Part shown: one piece after another, positions 38,770-49,966 of the stretch
Numbering within the stretch: position 1 is the first letter of the stretch
Layout of the letters: each line of letters begins with the position of its first letter
NCBI RefSeq assembly: GCF_044704955.1
Contig: NW_027251843.1
Location: forward strand, 186,001 to 250,000
Length of the DNA stretch: 64,000 bases
Origin: Pristiophorus japonicus
Taxonomy: Eukaryota
Direction of reading: 5' to 3'
The notes under the pieces: model-generated
Databases searched by the model: none
Told to the model about the DNA's origin: nothing
Seen by the model: the letters and a program-made list of their open reading frames with translations, nothing else
Program-made: the position numbers and the translations under genes

Positions 38770-40870
38770 TATCAACTTTCGCAGTCCTCCAATCCTCTGG
38801 CACTACACCTGGAGCCAGGGAGGGTTGGAAAATGATGGTCAGAGCCTCTGCTATTTCCTCTTTTGCTTCTCTTAACAGCCTGGGATCCATTTCATCCAGG
38901 CCTGGGGATTTATCTACTTTCAAAGCTGCTAATTCCCTTAATACCTCCTCTCTCACAATATTTATCTCATCTAATACTTCACACTCCTCCTCCCTGATTA
39001 AAATGTCTGCATCGCCCCTCTCTTTTGTGAAAACAGATGCAAAGTATTCATTAAGAACCATACCCACGTCTTCTGCCTCCACCCACAGATTTCCTTTGTG
39101 GTCTCTAATAGGCCCCACTCTTTCCCCAGTAATCCCATTGATCTTAATATATTGATAAAACATCTTTGGGTTTTCCCTGATTTTACTTGCCAACATTCTT
39201 TCATGCTCTCTCTTTGCTTTATTGATATATACTTTTAATTGTACCCCTGCATTATACACCTCTAGAGTTGAAGCAGTATTGAGTTCTCTGTTTCTGTCAA
39301 AACCTTCCCTTTTTTTCTTTATCTATCCCTGTATGTCCCTTGACATCCAGGAGCTCTAGATTTGTTAGCTCAACCTTTTTCTTTAAGGGAACATACTTGC
39401 TCTTTACCCTCAGGATCTCCTCCTTGAATGCCTCCCACTGCTCTAACAATGATTTACCATCAAGTCGCTGTTTCCAGTCCACTTTGGCCAAATCCCTATT
39501 CAGCTCAGCAAAATTGGCTTTACCCCAGTTGAGAAATTTTGTTCCAGGTCCACCTTTGTCCTTTTCCATAACTACCCTAAATCTAACTGAATTATGATCT
39601 CTGGCATCAAAATGCTCTCCCACTGATACCCCTTCCACCTGCCCATCTTCATTCCCCAAAACAAAGTCTGGAACCGTCCCCTCCCTTGTTGGACTTGTTA
39701 CAATTATTTTGGTGAAACGATGAATTAAGTGCCCCCTTCTTAAAGGTGCACTAAAACTGACACATTAAACAAATTCAATTTTGACATTAAAAGGATCAAA
39801 TTAAAATTTGGTTGCCGAGGGTGATGATACACTCCAGTCCCTCCGGCGCCCACCTCTCGCGGAAGGCCGCGAGCGTACCGGTGGACGCCGAGTGCTCCAT
39901 CTCTAGGGACACCCTGGCTCGAATGTCACCACGGAAAAAAGGCAGGCAGTCGGGCTGAACGACCCCCTCAACCACCTGCTGTCTGGTGGATTGTTACATA
40001 CAGGCTAAAGAAGTTCTCCTGAATGCATTTCAGGAATTCCTGTACCATTCACGCTACTTTTTCTATAGTTTTTGGACTTCGCAGCTATTTGCCCAATTAT
40101 TTGTTCTTATATCTCCTTCTGATTGTTTGAGGATCGATAGTACACTCCCAGTAGTGTGATCGCCCCTTTTATATTCTTCAATTCAAACCATATGGCCTCG
40201 TTTGATGACCCCTCTAACGTATCACCCTTTCTCACAGCTGTATTTGTTTCTTTAATTAATACTGAGACCCCCTCCTTTTTTATCCCCCTCCCTATCCCAT
40301 CTGAAAACCCTGTAACCAGGAATGTTGAGCTGCCATACCTGCCCTTCTTTCAGCCATGTCTCAGTAATAGCTAAAATATCGTACTCCCAAGAGTCTATCT
40401 GTGCTATCAGCTCATTTGCCTTATTCCCTATACTCCTTGCATTGAAGTATATACCAGTTAGCACTGCCAAACTGCCTTGTTGTCTATTTTCCAGCCCTTG
40501 TTTCCTCTGTCTTCCAAATTCACTTTCTACTTCTCTGCTGCCCAATTCCAGCTTTGCTTCTCTCCCCACTGAATCTATTCTCCGGTTCCCATCCCCCTGC
40601 CAAGCTAGTTTAAACCCTCCCCAACAGCACTAGCAAACCCCTCCATGAGGATACTGGTCCCGGCTCTGTTGACGTGTAACCTGCCCGGTTTGTAGAGGTC
40701 CCACCTCCCTCAGAAATGGTCCCAATGCCTCAGGAATCTAAAGCCCTCCCACCTGCACCATCTCTCCAGCCACACATTAAGAGTCTCTCCTCCTATTTTT
40801 GTACTCTGTAGCATGTGGCAATGGCAGAAACCTGAAGATTACTCCCTTTGAGGTGCTGCTTTTTAATCTC
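38770..40870 (-). mobile_element. CR1 LINE endonuclease/linker fragment with an embedded Tx1 3' end (about 39720-39990)
   Basis: YFNARSI..AITETWL, DHNSVRF, KSPGLDEM.PRLL. Confidence 0.85.
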
Positions 40871-40879
40871 TCTCCTAGC

Positions 40880-41705
40880 AATCAGCCAGAAGTGCCGAGT
40901 GGATGATCCATATTGGCCTCCTCCTGAGTCCCCACCATCTCAGAAGCCAGTCTTCAGCCAATTCGATTCACTCCACGTGATATCAAGAAGCGGCTGAGCG
41001 CACTGGATACAGCAAAGGCTATGGGTCCCGACAACATCCCGGCTGTCGTGCTGAAAATTTGTGCTCCAGAATTATCCGCGCCTCGAGCCAAGCTGTTCCT
41101 GTACAGCGACAACACTGGCATCGATCCGACAATGTGGAAAACTGCCCAGGTATGTCCTGTCCACAAAAAGAAGGACAAATCCAATCCGGCCAATTCCCGT
41201 CCCATCAGTCGACTCTCAATCATCAGCAAAGTGATGGAAGGTGTCATCAACAGTGCTATCAAATGCCACTTACTCACCAATAACCTGCTCACAGATGCTC
41301 AGTTTGGGTTCTGCCAGGAACACTCGGCTCCAGACCTCACTACAGCCTTGGTCCAAGCATGGACAAAACAGCTGAATTCCAGAGGTGAGGTGAGAGTGAC
41401 TGCCCTTGACATCAAGGCAGCATTTGACCGAGTGTAGCATCAAGGAGCCCATTAAACCTGAAGTCAATGGGAATCAGGGGGAAAATACTCCACTGGCTGG
41501 AGTCATACCTAGCACAAAGGAAGATGGTTGTGGTTGTTGGAGGTCAATCATCTTAGCCCCAGGACATCGCTGCAGGAGTTCCTTAGGGCAGTGTCCTAGG
41601 CCCAACCATCTTCAGCTGTTTCATCAATGACCTTCCCTCCAACATAAGGTCAGAAGTGGGGATGTTCACTGATGACTGCACAGTGTTCAGTTCCATTCAC
41701 AACTC
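40880..41705 (+). mobile_element. CR1-group LINE RT fragment (continues at about 54624-55350)
   Basis: GPDNIPAVVLK, ALDIKAAFDRV, FTDDCT; sequence resumes in register at about 54624. Confidence 0.85.
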
Positions 41706-43105
41706 ACTGAATCAGAGAATGGTTACAACACAGGAGGAGGCCATTCGGCCCATCGAGCCCGTTCCGGCTCTCTGCAAGAGCACTTCAGCAAGTCCCACTC
41801 TCCCACCCTTTCCCCGTAGCCCTGCAAATTGTTTACCTTCAGGTACTTATCCAATTCCCTTTTGAAAGCCACGATTGAGTCTGCCTCCACCACCCTTTCA
41901 GGCAGAGCATTCCAGATCCGAGCCACTCGCTGCGTAAAACGTTTTCCCGCATGTCGCCTTTGGTTCTTCTGCCAATCACCTTAAATCTGTGTCCTCTGGT
42001 TCTCGACCCTTCCGCCAATGGGAACAGTTTCTCTCTATCTACTCTGTCCAGACCCCTCATGATTTTGAACACCTTGGTCAAATCTCCTCTCAATCTTCTC
42101 TGCTCCAAGGAGAACAACCCCAGCTTCTCCAGTCTATCCACGTAACTGAAGTCCCTCATCCCTGGAACCATTCTTGTAAATTCCCTCTGCACCCTCTCTA
42201 AGGCTTTCACATCCTTGGACACAATACTCCATTTGAGGCCAAACCAGTGTTTTATACAGGTTCATCATAATTTCCACACTTTTGTACTCTATGCCTCTAC
42301 TTATGAAGCCCAGGATCCCGTATGCTTTCTTGAAAGCATTTTCTCAAGCTGCCCTACCACCTACAACGATTTGTGCACATATACCCCCAGTTCTCTATGT
42401 TCATGCACCCGCTTTAGGATTGTAATCTTTAGTTTATATTTCCTCTCATCATTCTTTCTGCCAAAATGTATCACTTTGCACTTTTTTGCGTTAAATTTCA
42501 TCTGCCAAGTCTACGCCCATTCCACCAGCCTGTCTATATTTTGAAGCCTATCACTATCCTCCTCACTGATCACTGTACAGGTTGAACCTCCCTTATCCGG
42601 AACTCTCGGGAACGGGCCTGTTCTGGATAAGGGATTTTTCTGGATGAGGGGTGGTCACGTTAAATTGGATGGTACAGGTACTGAGCAAGGGGATATCGGG
42701 GCTGCCTGGCTTGGGGCTGGGAGTGCAGCAGAGAGACCATTGGGGGCAGCGGGGGGCGGTGGATCACGGGGTCAGGCCAGCGATTGCGGGAGTCGGCAGC
42801 GAAGAAGGACTTCAATTTGTTCATGTCGTCGTGGTTGGGAATGGTTCTGGACGAGAGGTGGTTCCGGATAAGGGATTTCTGGATAAGGGAGGTACAACCT
42901 GTACTTCCAAGTTTTGTCTCATCTGCAAATTTTAAAATTGTGCCCTGTGTACTCACATCCAAGTCATTAATATACACCAAGAAAAGAAGTGGTCCCAGTA
43001 CCGACCCCTGGGGAATCACTGTATACCTTCCTCCAGTCCGAAAGACAACTGTTCACCACTACTCTCCGTTTTCTGTCACTTGGCCAATTTTGTATCCTTG
43101 CTGCC
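41706..43105 (-). mobile_element. CR1 LINE 3' part, target of the ERV insertion (continues at 52512-52530 and about 54444-54620)
   Basis: PQGSVLGP, FADETK, LEQRRLRGDL on the minus strand. Confidence 0.88.
42578..42901. mobile_element. Tc1/mariner (Tigger-like) MITE
   Basis: TA TSD on both sides; TIR CAGGTTGAACCTCCCTTATCC / GGATAAGGGAGGTACAACCTG. Confidence 0.85.
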
Positions 43106-43566
43106 TGTGGAAGAAAGAATCTATGAATCCATGGCTTATGGTAAAGGGAAGGGTTAAATTCTGTTTTTGCTATATTTGAAGAAATAATAGGACTAGAACA
43201 ACACCCACACTTTTTAGCCTTAAAACTTAGAAATGTAATTAAATGACTATCCGGTATTAAAAGGGAGTCTCCTGATATTCTGCTTATCAGACTGTGAACA
43301 GGGAGAAACTATGCAAGGACAGATAGAGTGTGTGCCTCCCGAGACGACCTTTGTACTCACGGAACTAATGAATAAGATTCCTTTTCTATTTCTGTATTCT
43401 ATTTCTGTATAAAGATAGGGACATTTTGCTTGTACAGGAGAGTTTTCTGCCTTGGTACGGTCCAAGCAGGCTCTCCGAGATATTTTGCTTTTTTAAATAA
43501 AATTCTCTCGAAGCACGATTCTGAAAGCCTCCGCCTGAGTTAATTAACTGAGAAATTTCCTCGACA
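43106..43566 (+). repeat. ERV 5' LTR (461 bp)
   Basis: TGTGG...CGACA; TATAAA and AATAAA inside; direct repeat of 52051-52511. Confidence 0.96.
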
Positions 43567-43571
43567 GATTC

Positions 43572-43590
43572 TGGCGTAGTCCGGCAGGAT
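43572..43590 (+). promoter_or_regulatory. Primer-binding site, tRNA-Ser
   Basis: TGGCGTAGTCCGGCAGGAT versus the complement of the tRNA-Ser 3' end TGGCGTAGTCGGCAGGAT (one extra C). Confidence 0.8.
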
Positions 43591-43910
43591 CTCTAAAAAA
43601 CGAGATCCAAAAGAACTAAATTTAACTTTTAAAGGGAAAAGAGGAATTTTAAGGACCTTCCTAGCTGAAAGGAGGAAGGTGCCTCGGCCGTCCTAGCTGA
43701 AAGGGGGACGAGCTGCCGAGATCCCCTGGAGGGTGAGGCATAATTTAAGGTAGCTACCGCAAAGAAGCTAAAATAACAAAAAGGCAAAAGGAGACCCCGA
43801 GCTGAGCGGAAAAGAGAACACCGGTGAGCGCTTTGTAAATTATTGTATATTTTGTAGGATTGTCCCAACTCTCATTTCAGAAAAGATCGCGAGACGTTGC
43901 ACCCGGAAGA

Positions 43911-45557
43911 ATGGGAAACGGCTCTAGTCGAGCAGGGCGCTCGCACCCAGCTCCTAGAAAAGGAAAGAAAGACGACCTCTCAACTGAAAGAATGAAAGTA
44001 CATCCTAAGACTGAGAAAAGAATCCGTAAGGTAGCAAAGCAACGAGAGAAGGTAGGAGATCCTATTGTGCCGCCCGGCTCGCCGGCAGACACTGTAATTA
44101 AAGAAACAGGAGACGACAGATACGCGGTAACGTTTAGTAGCGATTTGTACGGTTGGTCTGATGGGGATTGGCCATATGGAGGAAGTTTTAAATTGACCTT
44201 AATTGAGGAATGGAGACAGACCACCAAAGATGGGGCGGGGGTCCCCACTTGGGATAAAGATTATATGGAGAATTGTTTTAAAAAATGGACAGAGGTGGCA
44301 AAAAGGCACCAGCCCCCTAAAAATAAAAAGAAAGAGGAGGAGGGTAAGGAGAAGCCCCCTCCCTCTTACAGCCCCCCCGAGAGCCCCAGTTATGACCGCT
44401 TCCCCTGTCGGCTTATATCCCCGTCTTCCAACCACCAAGCCGGATGATTGGCAGGAGATCATAGAAATAGTGGCTGCCCAGCTAGATCAGGCCTCTAGGC
44501 GACGAATGCAACCACGACCCCAGAACCCACCAGAGGATGAAAACGGGGAAGGAGGGGCAAGTGGAGGAGCCGAAGGCGAAAACCCCAACCCTGACCCTGG
44601 AATGAATACCAGGAATACCATAAGACAGGCCGATTCCACCACTACCCCCACGACACAAGCCCCCCGTGTAATGATTGGAACCACGGCTGTCCTAAAGCCC
44701 TGGAAGCTCGGGATATGATATCAGCCACCCCTAATCCTGTTAAGAAGCCAGTAGCCTTTCATAACTGGCTTGAGCAAACCTGTACCATTTATAACCCCCT
44801 CCCCGGAGATGTGAAATTATTACTGCAGGCAGCATATGGGTCCTCTTGGCAGGGGGTAAAAGATATGTTCCCTATACCCACCGGCGAAAACGGAGATTGG
44901 CGGGAAGATAATGAGGAAGAAGGAAATGAGTCCCGGGAACATTGGTTGCAGCACAGGGGCAAGGATGCCATACTAAAGGGAGCTAAAAAGCATGGAGATA
45001 TAGGGGAAGTCACGCGCTGTCTGCAGAAAGCAGAAGAATCAATAATAGATTTTGCAGGCAGATGGAAAAATAGTTGAGACGAGCATGCAGCAATACCAAT
45101 GGATCAAAATGAACCTTTGGCAGTGCAAACCTTGTTAAATTGTATGTTGCCGCAACACACGAGAACCTATAAAATTAAGGTTTTGGACTGGCAAGGAAAA
45201 AGTTGGAAGGAAACAATTACAGTCTTGGCCAACATGGATAGGGAGGGACTATTCACCTATAAGGAAAATAAGGCTAAAACAGCAGGTCAGTACCATCAGC
45301 AAAAGGGAAGAGAACAAGCACAGAATAATAGAGGAGGGTTTGGGGGACGAGGACGAGGAAGAGGGAGAGGACAGTGGCCCCAACGAGACCGCTCCCAAGA
45401 TGAGTGTAGAAATTGTGGAAGGAAAGGGCATTGGGCTCGCGATTGCAGATGCCCCCCGAAACAGGGTGGAGGGTTACAAGGGGATTTCCCCAAACCTCCA
45501 CCTTCATTGGCCCCTCAGTTTTCGTTCTCTAACCCCAACCCGCACCAATCAGCATAG
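43911..45557 (+). pseudogene. gag: ERV gag (two frameshifts, one stop)
   Basis: MGNGSS myristoylation start, WPYGGSF matrix motif, PPSY and YPRL late-domain motifs, CRNCGRKGHWARDC zinc knuckle, TAG in frame with pol. Confidence 0.9.
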
Positions 45558-48500
45558 GGATGCCCCGGAGGCTTAGTGGTACAGGCGGCAGCCCTCCACT
45601 TATCAGCAGACATCGAAGAAAACCCTTTGGCAGTAGTAAAAGTAGGAGACACTTATGTGAAATTCCTGGTGGATACCGGTGCTACTATGTCTTCTGTACC
45701 ATCCTCTGTGGGATTACCTGTAAGCAACACCACCGTCTTAAGTATGGGTGTGGCCGGTAGCCCCATGAAAGAATTTTTATCTGAACCTACCAAATTGATA
45801 ATTGAAGGACAACCAGTTAATGATGAGACTTTGATAGTCTCTAAAACAACACCTCTCCCTTTATTGGGAAGACAGACTTTGTGCAAACTAGGAGCCACAA
45901 TTTATTGCACAAAGGAAGGAATGTACATGGAGCTCCCTCCAAATAAAATTCATCAGTTGTTTAATGGGATTAAAGAAGAGAAAAGGGAGGATAACAAAGA
46001 AAAGGCTGCCTTCTATTGTTGGCAATTGAATGGCAACTTCTACTCTCCTTTGATACATGAAGTTATACAAAATTTAAAAGCTAAAATCGACCCTAATACT
46101 GAAGAATTGATGTATATAATTTTGACAAGCATTCAGGCAGTTCAGCTTCATTGTACAGCCTGGTACACTCGACAAAAAGCTGAAACTTACCAGTGTTTGG
46201 TACAATCCTTTTTAAAAAAAGAAGAAATAGTAGAAGCTACGCCCCACATTTATTTTGGACCAGAAGGATTGGGGGTAGCCATGGATTTGACACCCTTACA
46301 GCAGCAGCGGTATAGAGAAGCGAACTCGACACCCCATCTGACATTGGCTACAAAACCGCCAGCGAAAACAAAAGATATGGGTCCGATGATTGTAGGAATA
46401 GAAAAAGAAAAACAGCAACAAGGCTATCAACCTTGGGCAGTAATAAAACTGCAAAATGTTCAGATAGACTTTATCACCCACAACAGGGGGATTCTCCAGT
46501 GGAAAGGTAAAAATCACGCCTCCACTTTTGAAAAACAGCAACCCCCGGAACAACCAAGCCCTAAGCTGCCAATGGCATTGAATCAAGTATCTTCTGAACT
46601 TTGGGCAAAGCATAAGAATCATGTTGGGCAAGTACATTCTGCAGTACCCCATCGGGTACAATTGATAAAGAACACCGTGTTACCAAGCATTAGACAGTAC
46701 AGACTGCCTCCAGAGGCAGAAAATGGGATAGAGCCAGTCATTTCTGCATTGTTGGAACAAGGAGTTTTAAAAAAGACACAGAGCCCGTGTAACACTCCGA
46801 TACTGCCCATACCAAAGGTTAATAGGCCGAATGAATGGAGATTTGTGCAAGATCTGAGAGCTATTAATAAGATAGTAGTCCCTATCACCCCTGTGGTACC
46901 GGACACCAACATTATACTATCTGCTATACCACCAACAGCAACTGTCTTTACTGTGATAGACCTGTGTTCAGCTTTTTTCTCCATCCCTTAAATCAAGAAA
47001 GTCAGTATCTGTTTGCTTTCACCCACAAAAGCAGCAGTACACATGGACCAGATTGCCCCAAGGATACACCGAAAGCCCCGCAGTATATGCAGCAGCAGTA
47101 AAAAGAGACCTTGATGACTGTTCATTATCAGACCAGTCTGTGCTGTTGCAGTATGCGGACGATTTGCTTGTGGCTTCTAGCCACGGATACAGGTGCGTAC
47201 AAGACTCCCTAAAACTGTTACAGCACCTATGTGAAAGAGGGCACCGAGTGTCGTTACCAAAGTTACAATTTTGTCAGACTCAAGTCCAGTACCTGGGTTT
47301 TCACATATCTCAAGGGCAGAGGCAGCTAGGACCAGAAAGAATTCAGACAATTCAAAGTGCCCCCATACCAAAGACAAAGAAGGATATCTTGTCATTTTTG
47401 GGGATGGTTGGGTACTGTAGACAATGGATCCCCGATTATCGAGAATGGGATGCGGTCCTAAGATCAGCTGCCCTAAATGATGCCCCACCCAAGGTGGAGT
47501 GGACCCCAGAGAGAGAGGAGGCATTTAAACAGTTAAAGAAAGCCATTACTAATGCTCTGGCGTTGGGACTTCCGAATTATGGTAAACCTTTTCAGATGTA
47601 TGTGAATGAGAAAGAAGGATTTGCAACCGCAGTACTAACCCACGAACATGGTGGGGGAAATAGACCAGTTGCTTATTATTCGGTTTTGCTGCCTCCAGTA
47701 GTAAGGGGAATGCCAGCATGTCTACGTGCTGTAGCTGCTACTGCAGTCATGGTGGAGAAGTCGGTACCTATTGTTTTGGATTATCTATGTGCTGTCATTA
47801 CAGCCCATGCTGTGTTATTACTTTTGAATTCAGCTGCCACACAACACTTTACAGCGTCTAGAAGAACAGGTTATGAAGTATTACTGCTGTCACACCCTAA
47901 CTATACCTTTCGACGCGCACCGGTAGTAAACCCAGCCACCTTTCTTCCTACTAAAGAATAGAGGATCCAGACCAGCATGATTGTCTGTTAACAGTGGAAA
48001 TAGCCACCTTACCAAGACCAGATTTGCTCACAGAGCCCATGGACAATCCTGATCTTATTCTCTATACGGATGGATCATCACATAGGCCGTCGGATGACTT
48101 GCTGTTGGCAGGCTATGCTATTGTAAATCCCCACGAAACTGTTGAAGCATTCGCCCTGCCTCCCGGAACCTCGGCTCAGGCTGCTGAATTGTTTGCCCTC
48201 ACTAGAGCTTGTATAATAGCTAAAGATCATACTGCTAATATCTATACTGATTCCAGATATGCATTTGGTGTGGTCCATGATTTTGGACAACTGTGGAAAA
48301 ACAGAAGCTTTATCACCTCTGGTGGAAAGCATATTAAGCACTCTCAACTGGTGCTTAATCTATTAGATGCCATTCAGTTGCCAAGTAAGGTAGCCGTCAT
48401 CAAATGTGCAGCTCACACAACCGGTGAGGATGAAGTATCAGTAGGAAATAGGAGGGCTGACGAGGCAGCCAAACAGGCCACTTCGGCACAGGCAGACTGC

Positions 48501-49712
48501 CTTCAAGCAGTCTCAGTCTCCCCTCCACAAGTACTTGACATCCAACAACTTAAAACAGCCCAACAACAAGTTACCATGCAGGAAGGAAGAACTTGGGAAA
48601 ACCAGGGTTGTTTTCTCAAAAACGACATCTGGTGTCACCCTGATGGGCGAACTGTTTGCCCTAAATCTCTATTTTTGCCCCTGTCTCGCCTAGCACACGG
48701 TCAGGCTCAAATGGGCAAAGGAGGGATGATACATGCTATTAATGCACAGTGGTATGCACCAGGAATAACAGTAGTAATTGAGAAAGTTGTGAGAACATGC
48801 CAAATTTGTCAAAAAAATAACAGAGGTAAAACACCTGCTGAATATGATCATCTACCCCAGCCAAGTATGCCCTTTGAAAATTTGCAAATTGATTTTATTC
48901 ACACGCCTCCAGTATCAGGTCTTAAGTACCTATTAGTCATAATAGACATGTTCACAAGGTGGGTAGAAGCGTACGCCACGAGGAGAGACGATGTCCGAAT
49001 AGTAGTAAAAATTCTATTTAAAGAAATAGTACCAAGATATGGGATACCTATGGGAATCAACAGTGACAGGGGAACACACTTCACCGGAAAAATAGTGCAA
49101 AACCTTGCAGAAGCGTTAGGTTTCCAGTGGAAGTTACATATACCATATCAGCCACAGTCCTCGGGAATGGTAGAAAGAGTAAATGGGATAATAAAATCTA
49201 CCCTTACCAAGGTATGCCAGGAGACTGGACTAAAGTGGCCAGATGCCTTACCATTGGTATTGTATACAATGAGAAACCAGAAAAACCGAAACACTGGTTT
49301 GACACCACATGAAGCCTTATTGGGAAGACCAATGCCTACTGGCGTAAAACCACCACTGGCAGCTGAAAAAATAGCATTAATTTGGAATGATGAAAAATCA
49401 CTAAAGTATGCTCAGGCCATGTGTGAAATAGCAAGGAGTCTGCATGAACAGATAAAGCAGACACAGGTGCCCCCGTCGGAAGGAAATATGCACCCTTTCA
49501 GGCCTGGAGACCAACTGCTGGTAAAAACATTAAACAAAGAATCCTTTTCTCCTCGGTGGAAAGGACCATATCAGATAATTCTCACAACACGAACCGCGCT
49601 GAAGTTGGAAAAGCATCCAAATTGGGTGCATGCAACCCATTGTAAATTATTTTCCCGACGAAATACAGCCAAAAGAAAAGGCATCGAACCAGGACGTACT
49701 ACGATTGCCTGA
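45558..49712 (+). pseudogene. pol: ERV pol: protease - 2H phosphoesterase - RT - RNase H - integrase (frameshifted near 46990-47040 and 47960)
   Basis: LVDTGA protease; VQDLRAIN, LPQG, YADD RT; TDGSS/AAEL/YTDSRY RNase H; IDF..SDRG..MVER integrase; WKGPY. Confidence 0.95.
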
Positions 49713-49810
49713 CTAAGAAAAAGGCCATCTTCTCGCTGAAGAACTGTACCTGCTCTTGCATTAAATTAAATATTTGGACTTGAAAGTACTGCCCAAAAGT
49801 TCAGGAACGG

Positions 49811-49966
49811 ATGTCAGAGCTCATTTGTGTGCCAGTTTGGGCCTTTATTATTTGGGCCACTGTTACTATCGTGTGGACGTGTTGTTATTGTAACGACTTA
49901 ATTCAAGAGTGGTATAGAAACAAACAAGAAAGGGAAGATGGGAAGGGACTCTTGGAAAAATTATAA
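49811..49966 (+). CDS. Putative retroviral accessory ORF, 51-aa single-pass membrane protein overlapping the env start
   Basis: MSELICVPVWAFIIWATVTIVWTCCYCNDLIQEWYRNKQEREDGKGLLEKL*, translated by hand; below the ORF-track cutoff. Confidence 0.55.
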   Translation: MSELICVPVWAFIIWATVTIVWTCCYCNDLIQEWYRNKQEREDGKGLLEKL

